Shown here one piece after another: positions 59,340-64,000 of a DNA stretch of 64,000 nt. The stretch's first letter is position 1, and every line of letters begins with the position of its first letter. The position numbers and the translations under genes are program-made. The notes under the pieces are model-generated. The model searched no databases, was not told the origin of the DNA, and worked only from the letters and a program-made list of their open reading frames with translations. Source of the DNA: Nitrosopumilus sp. (GTDB lineage Archaea > Thermoproteota > Nitrososphaeria > Nitrososphaerales > Nitrosopumilaceae); assembly GCA_965205675.1 (NCBI GenBank), contig OZ242186.1, positions 1,184,001-1,248,000 of the forward strand, read 5' to 3'.

Positions 59340-61532
59340 ATGGTAAAATTCAAGTCTACAGGCGAGGTTCTCAAAATTATCAAGAACAAGGACCAAATTA
59401 GAAACTTTGGTGTGATTGCTCACGTAGACCATGGAAAGACAACTATGAGTGATAGTCTTTTGGCATACTCGGGCATTATTGCTCCATCAGCTGCGGGTAA
59501 AGCACTTGCGATGGATTTTGATAAAGAAGAGCAAGAAAGAGGAATTACAATTTATCAGGCAAATGTCACTTTACACTTTTCTAAAAATGATACAGAATAT
59601 GTCATCAACATGATTGATACTCCAGGACACGTAGACTTTAGTGGAAGAGTTATCAGGAGTCTTAGAGCAATTGATGGCGCAGTAGTTGTTTGTGATGCAG
59701 TAGAAGGCATCATGACTCAAACTGAGACTGTAACTCGAATGGCTCTAGAAGAGAGAGTAAAACCGGTTTTGTTTATCAACAAAGTAGATAGACTAATCAA
59801 GGAATTACGATTAACTCCAGAAAAAATGCAAGCACAACTAGCAGAAGTTGTTTCAAACTTTAACACATTAATCGATACATATGCTGAACCAGAATACAAA
59901 GAAAAATGGAAAGTATCTATTCAAGACTCTAGTGTAACATTTGGTTCTGCAAAAGACAGATGGGCAATTAATTTAGAATTAATGAAAGAAAGAGGAATTA
60001 CATTCAAAGATGTCATTGATGCATATGAGAATGAAAAAGTTGCAGAACTTGTAGAGAAAGCACCGCTAGCTGATGCAGTTTTGGGAATGGTAGTAAACCA
60101 TCATCCTGCACCACATGAGGCTGTAAAATATAGAATTCCACAAATCTGGAAAGGGGATTTGAATTCGGATGTTGGAAAAGCATTACTTGCTTGTGATGAT
60201 AATGGCCCAACTATTATGATGGTAGTTAACATGGTATTAGATCCTGCCGCAGGTCCTGTTGCAATTGGAAGACTATTTTCGGGCACCATCAAAGATGGTC
60301 AAACTATCAATATTATAGATGAAAAAAGAGAAGGGCGTGTTCAATCAGTCAATTTCTTTATGGGTAACCAAAGAGAACAAGTTGGAGAATTAGGTGCGGG
60401 AAACATTCCTGCATTATTGGGATTAACTGAATGTAGAGCAGGAAATACACTATCTTCTGTAAAAGACATTCCAATGTTTGAAGGTGTAAAGTATGTCTCA
60501 GAACCAGTTGTGCAAATTGCAATTGAACCAAAACATCCTAAAGATTTACCTAAACTTGTAGAAATCCTACGACAGTTAACCATCGAAGATCCAAATCTTA
60601 TTGTAAAAATTGATGAAGAATCCGGTGAAACAATTATTGCCGGAATGGGTGTGTTACACCTTGATGTTGCAACACACAGAATTCAAGATGCAAAATGTGA
60701 GATTGTAACTTCTGAGCCTTTGATTAACTATAGAGAAACTGTAAAAGGCACATGTGAACCAATCATGGCAAAATCACCAAACAGACACAACAAGATTTTC
60801 ATGAAAGTAGAACAGCTGGAACCAAAAATTGCACATATGCTAAGAACTGGTGAGATTTCAGATATCAAAGATAAAAAAATTGTATCAGATTTACTCAAAG
60901 AAGCAGGATGGGATACTGATACAATCAAGAGAGTGATGAAGTTTGATTCTCGTGGTAATGTTTTGATAAATGGAACAAAAGGTGTTCAATTTGTTCAAGA
61001 ATCAACAGATTCTATTAATTCGGGATTTGAAGAAGTGATGAAAGAAGGCCCTCTTTGTAAAGAACAGATGAGGGATTGTAAGTTTATCTTTACTCACTTT
61101 GTTCCTCACGAAGACACAGCACACAGAGGTTTATCCCAATTAGGCCCTGCATCACGTAGAGCATGTATGGGTGCATTACTTACTGCGGGTACTGCAGTGT
61201 TGGAGCCCACATTGGCTATTGAAGTTCGTGTACCAACGGATTTGGTTGGAAACGTTGCAACCATACTTTCGGGTAAACGTGGCAAGGTACTTGACATGTC
61301 ACAAAAAGGCGCATCAAGTATTGTAGTAGGTGAGATTCCAGCTTCTGAAACGTTTACGTTATCTGAAGCAATGAGAGGTCAAACTGCGGGACGTGCAACA
61401 TGGAACACATCATTTAAGGAATGGACTGAAGTTCCAAAATCAATGCTAGCAGATGCAGTAGCAGATATTAGAAAGAGGAAAGGGTTGGCACCAAATCCAC
61501 CGGGTGTTGGTGAATTTATTGATAAAGAATAA
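59340..61532 (+). CDS. fusA: Translation elongation factor 2 (aEF-2)
   Basis: AHVDHGKTT, ERGITI, DTPGHVDF, NKVD, diphthamide loop HEDTAHRG. Confidence 0.98.
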   Translation: MVKFKSTGEVLKIIKNKDQIRNFGVIAHVDHGKTTMSDSLLAYSGIIAPSAAGKALAMDFDKEEQERGITIYQANVTLHFSKNDTEYVINMIDTPGHVDFSGRVIRSLRAIDGAVVVCDAVEGIMTQTETVTRMALEERVKPVLFINKVDRLIKELRLTPEKMQAQLAEVVSNFNTLIDTYAEPEYKEKWKVSIQDSSVTFGSAKDRWAINLELMKERGITFKDVIDAYENEKVAELVEKAPLADAVLGMVVNHHPAPHEAVKYRIPQIWKGDLNSDVGKALLACDDNGPTIMMVVNMVLDPAAGPVAIGRLFSGTIKDGQTINIIDEKREGRVQSVNFFMGNQREQVGELGAGNIPALLGLTECRAGNTLSSVKDIPMFEGVKYVSEPVVQIAIEPKHPKDLPKLVEILRQLTIEDPNLIVKIDEESGETIIAGMGVLHLDVATHRIQDAKCEIVTSEPLINYRETVKGTCEPIMAKSPNRHNKIFMKVEQLEPKIAHMLRTGEISDIKDKKIVSDLLKEAGWDTDTIKRVMKFDSRGNVLINGTKGVQFVQESTDSINSGFEEVMKEGPLCKEQMRDCKFIFTHFVPHEDTAHRGLSQLGPASRRACMGALLTAGTAVLEPTLAIEVRVPTDLVGNVATILSGKRGKVLDMSQKGASSIVVGEIPASETFTLSEAMRGQTAGRATWNTSFKEWTEVPKSMLADAVADIRKRKGLAPNPPGVGEFIDKE

Positions 61533-61598
61533 AAATTAAAATCTCCAAAACCATTCATAAATTTCTAACGATTCTTGTAAACTGATCAACATATTTTT

Positions 61599-63009
61599 GT
61601 AACTGTCTAGAGTTTTGAAGTAAAATCTCCAAGATATTCTAAAGAATAATCATGAAAGTTTAATCCTCGTAATCTGCATGTCTCCTTTATACTCATCAGT
61701 ATCTTATGAGAATCAGCACCATGAATGGTTCTATGACCGTTTGTAATTTTACGAATTATCACATTTGGTCTGATTGCCCTCTCTGCTGTGTTATTGTGTG
61801 AATCAGTTCCAGTAATTAGGAATGTAAAAAGCATTTTTCTCTCACGTTTCAATCTTTTTACAAACCTGATACAGTTTTTCTCTGTGTATTTTTTTGATAT
61901 GATGTGATTAATTCTCCTTTCAAGATTCTTTTTTGCATGGATTCTTTCTGATTCTGATTTTATTTTTGCCACACCATGAGAGTCATAAATTATTTTCTTG
62001 AGATTCTTGGCAAATGGTGCAAATTCTGGTCCGGGATTCTTGTGATTAATGGTATCATTAACCTCTCTGAGATAATGGATGTGACATTTCTGGCGAGTTG
62101 TTCCAACATGGTTCCATGCAGGGTACGAATCACTTGTAATGTTGCCATCATATCCCTTGAGAATTCTCTTGGGAACATCCATTGAACGTGATTTGTCAAT
62201 CTCGTAAATTACAGTCCATTTACTCACAAATGCCCACAACCAGTGGTTCTGGCCATCTACCCTCCAACTTGTCTCATCACCATGTATGTTTAGATCTTCT
62301 TTTAACTCCACAATCATTGTATCATATCTGCTCCCAAATGCTTTTGATACTATTGATACTGCATGATTAATTGCAGATTCTGTAATGTGCAGTGAGAAGA
62401 GCATCTGCAAAAGATGAGATATTTTACCATACGATAATCCGATAGTTTTTAGTGATGTGATTAGCACCATGAGCCTAATTCCAAACCTTTCATTTGACAG
62501 TACAGTGTGAATGTTACCCGAGATTTGTTTTTTGCAGTTTGTGCAGTATCGTCTAACTATCGTATATTTTGTCACAACTGCTTTTGCAGGAATGATGTCT
62601 TCTACTATTCTGGTGTATGAATCAGTTGGTTCTGAGAGTGATTTGCCACATGTGTTGCACTCTTTTTGGTCAACTGTAATGGCATCATCAATGTGTGCCC
62701 GTCTGCTTCTGCTTTTTCTAGGATGTCTTGATGTTTTCTTCTTTTTTGCAGTTTCAGTCTTGTTTGGTTTTGCTTTGATATTTCTTGCAACAAGTGTAGA
62801 CACTGTTTGTTTTAGTTCTGCAATTTCTCTGTGTAGTGATTCAATATCTTTGCGTAACTGACGGTTTTCTTGCTCCAGCGAGTGACATCTGTTACGATAA
62901 TATTCCAGCTCATCATATACTGACAATTGTATATTGTAATTTGTCACTGATCAGAAAAGATATAGATAAAAAATATTAAAGAAAGTACTTCAAAACTCTA
63001 GACAGTTAC
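61599..63009 (-). mobile_element. IS66-family element, copy 2, 1411 bp, no matching TSD
   Basis: Same 24-bp IRs as copy 1; flanks atattttt and aaaaaatt differ. Confidence 0.95.
61607..62947 (-). CDS. IS66-family transposase
   Basis: Identical to copy 1 except GSTHQK to GTTRQK. Confidence 0.95.
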   Translation of the reverse strand: MTNYNIQLSVYDELEYYRNRCHSLEQENRQLRKDIESLHREIAELKQTVSTLVARNIKAKPNKTETAKKKKTSRHPRKSRSRRAHIDDAITVDQKECNTCGKSLSEPTDSYTRIVEDIIPAKAVVTKYTIVRRYCTNCKKQISGNIHTVLSNERFGIRLMVLITSLKTIGLSYGKISHLLQMLFSLHITESAINHAVSIVSKAFGSRYDTMIVELKEDLNIHGDETSWRVDGQNHWLWAFVSKWTVIYEIDKSRSMDVPKRILKGYDGNITSDSYPAWNHVGTTRQKCHIHYLREVNDTINHKNPGPEFAPFAKNLKKIIYDSHGVAKIKSESERIHAKKNLERRINHIISKKYTEKNCIRFVKRLKRERKMLFTFLITGTDSHNNTAERAIRPNVIIRKITNGHRTIHGADSHKILMSIKETCRLRGLNFHDYSLEYLGDFTSKL

Positions 63010-63400
63010 AAAAAATTCTTTTATTACAATATCATCTGTAAACGACTACAGGTTATTGCATAACCCTTGATACTGATCTTGAATAACAAAGCTTGAATAA
63101 ATCAATTATTTCTATGTTTTTTGTTTAGATAAGATGTGTTTTAACATCCACCAGCACACAGTGAAGACGTATTAGCTATCCACTGAATTTTATTGTACAT
63201 TTGTCTAGTTATTTCTCATATCAAAATGTAAAAGATTGACTTGGCTTAGGAGAAAGAACAATTCTGAAAAACAGTCTGGGTTACCTATATGTTGTACAGT
63301 AAAGAAAAGATCTATCAAAGAGCGCGATGAATCAAAATATACTAGATATTTTATTCTAAATAATACAATGTATGAGACCAGTTTTGTAATATGTTAGAAA

Positions 63401-63958
63401 ATGAAAACTAGATACAAATTATCACCATTACCTTTACTGGTAATTTTCTTTCAAATACTCATGGGATTATTTTCTTCAATGATGTTTTGGTTGGTCATAG
63501 GAACATATCACAAATACGGATTTCTATGGTTTCATTTTGGATTGGGAATGATTTGTGTTGTGGGCATTATTACATTATTCATATCTAAAAAAAATATTCG
63601 ATTGGTCATCATAATCATAATTGCAGTGATATGTACAGAAGTTGTTGCAATTATGGGGAGTACTTGGTATGTTGATATTTTAGGCTATGTTTACAATGAA
63701 GAATTTAAAAATTATCCTGAAGTTGTTGCATTTTATGACAGATATGATGATGTAGAAATTTACAGTCCAAACGATGAATACATACGATATGCACATATTT
63801 TTACAGATGGTAACGTGATTACATTAAACATTCGTCATGGTTTAGATTATTCTGAACCTGAAATGATGATTTATTGTGAGGTTGGAGATTATAATGTGAC
63901 TACAAACATCTTGACTTATTTAAAAAATTATGATTGTCTTGAGGATCAATATCCATGA
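63401..63958 (+). CDS. Hypothetical membrane protein (3 N-terminal TM, acidic C-terminal domain)
   Basis: 185-aa ORF with three hydrophobic segments. Confidence 0.65.
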   Translation: MKTRYKLSPLPLLVIFFQILMGLFSSMMFWLVIGTYHKYGFLWFHFGLGMICVVGIITLFISKKNIRLVIIIIIAVICTEVVAIMGSTWYVDILGYVYNEEFKNYPEVVAFYDRYDDVEIYSPNDEYIRYAHIFTDGNVITLNIRHGLDYSEPEMMIYCEVGDYNVTTNILTYLKNYDCLEDQYP

Positions 63959-64000
63959 AAATCACTTTATCACCAAAGAAGCAAAAGAGAGAAGAAGAGA

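Noticed and set aside
55084-63009. Composite transposon that moved EF-2 as a unit
   Set aside because: Outer flanks are not a direct repeat and copy 1 has its own TSD, so it inserted independently
63051-63065. Palindrome ggttat-tgc-ataacc, possible IS end
   Set aside because: No partner repeat or transposase found nearby

Overview
AT-rich archaeal DNA from a Nitrosopumilus-like ammonia-oxidising thaumarchaeon (Nitrososphaerota), judged from TFB, aIF5A, SRP54, Pus10, EF-2, CdvB/ESCRT-III, split methylmalonyl-CoA mutase and the archaeal aro pathway. Most of the window is housekeeping: 3HP/4HB-cycle mutase and MeaB, bioFB/bioA/bioD, HMG-CoA synthase, thiDN/thiC, a complete shikimate-to-tyrosine cluster and translation genes. 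It carries a heavy load of insertion sequences: one intact IS3-family element with TSD, two near-identical single-ORF IS66-family copies flanking an HNH nuclease and EF-2, and several eroded IS5, IS630, IS481 and IS3 remnants. A decayed PAC2 gene is also present. Together these suggest a host-associated or bottlenecked lineage. Signals missed by the ORF track include a box C/D guide RNA between aIF5A and dph6 whose D guide points exactly at C34 of elongator tRNA-Met, several Cys/His-rich or basic microproteins (30-55 aa), a BirA-like operator plus a 27-bp duplication at the bioB start, and an IS-derived new C-terminus on a DsbA gene. No tRNA, rRNA or CRISPR array was recognised. All calls are by eye, with no database searches.
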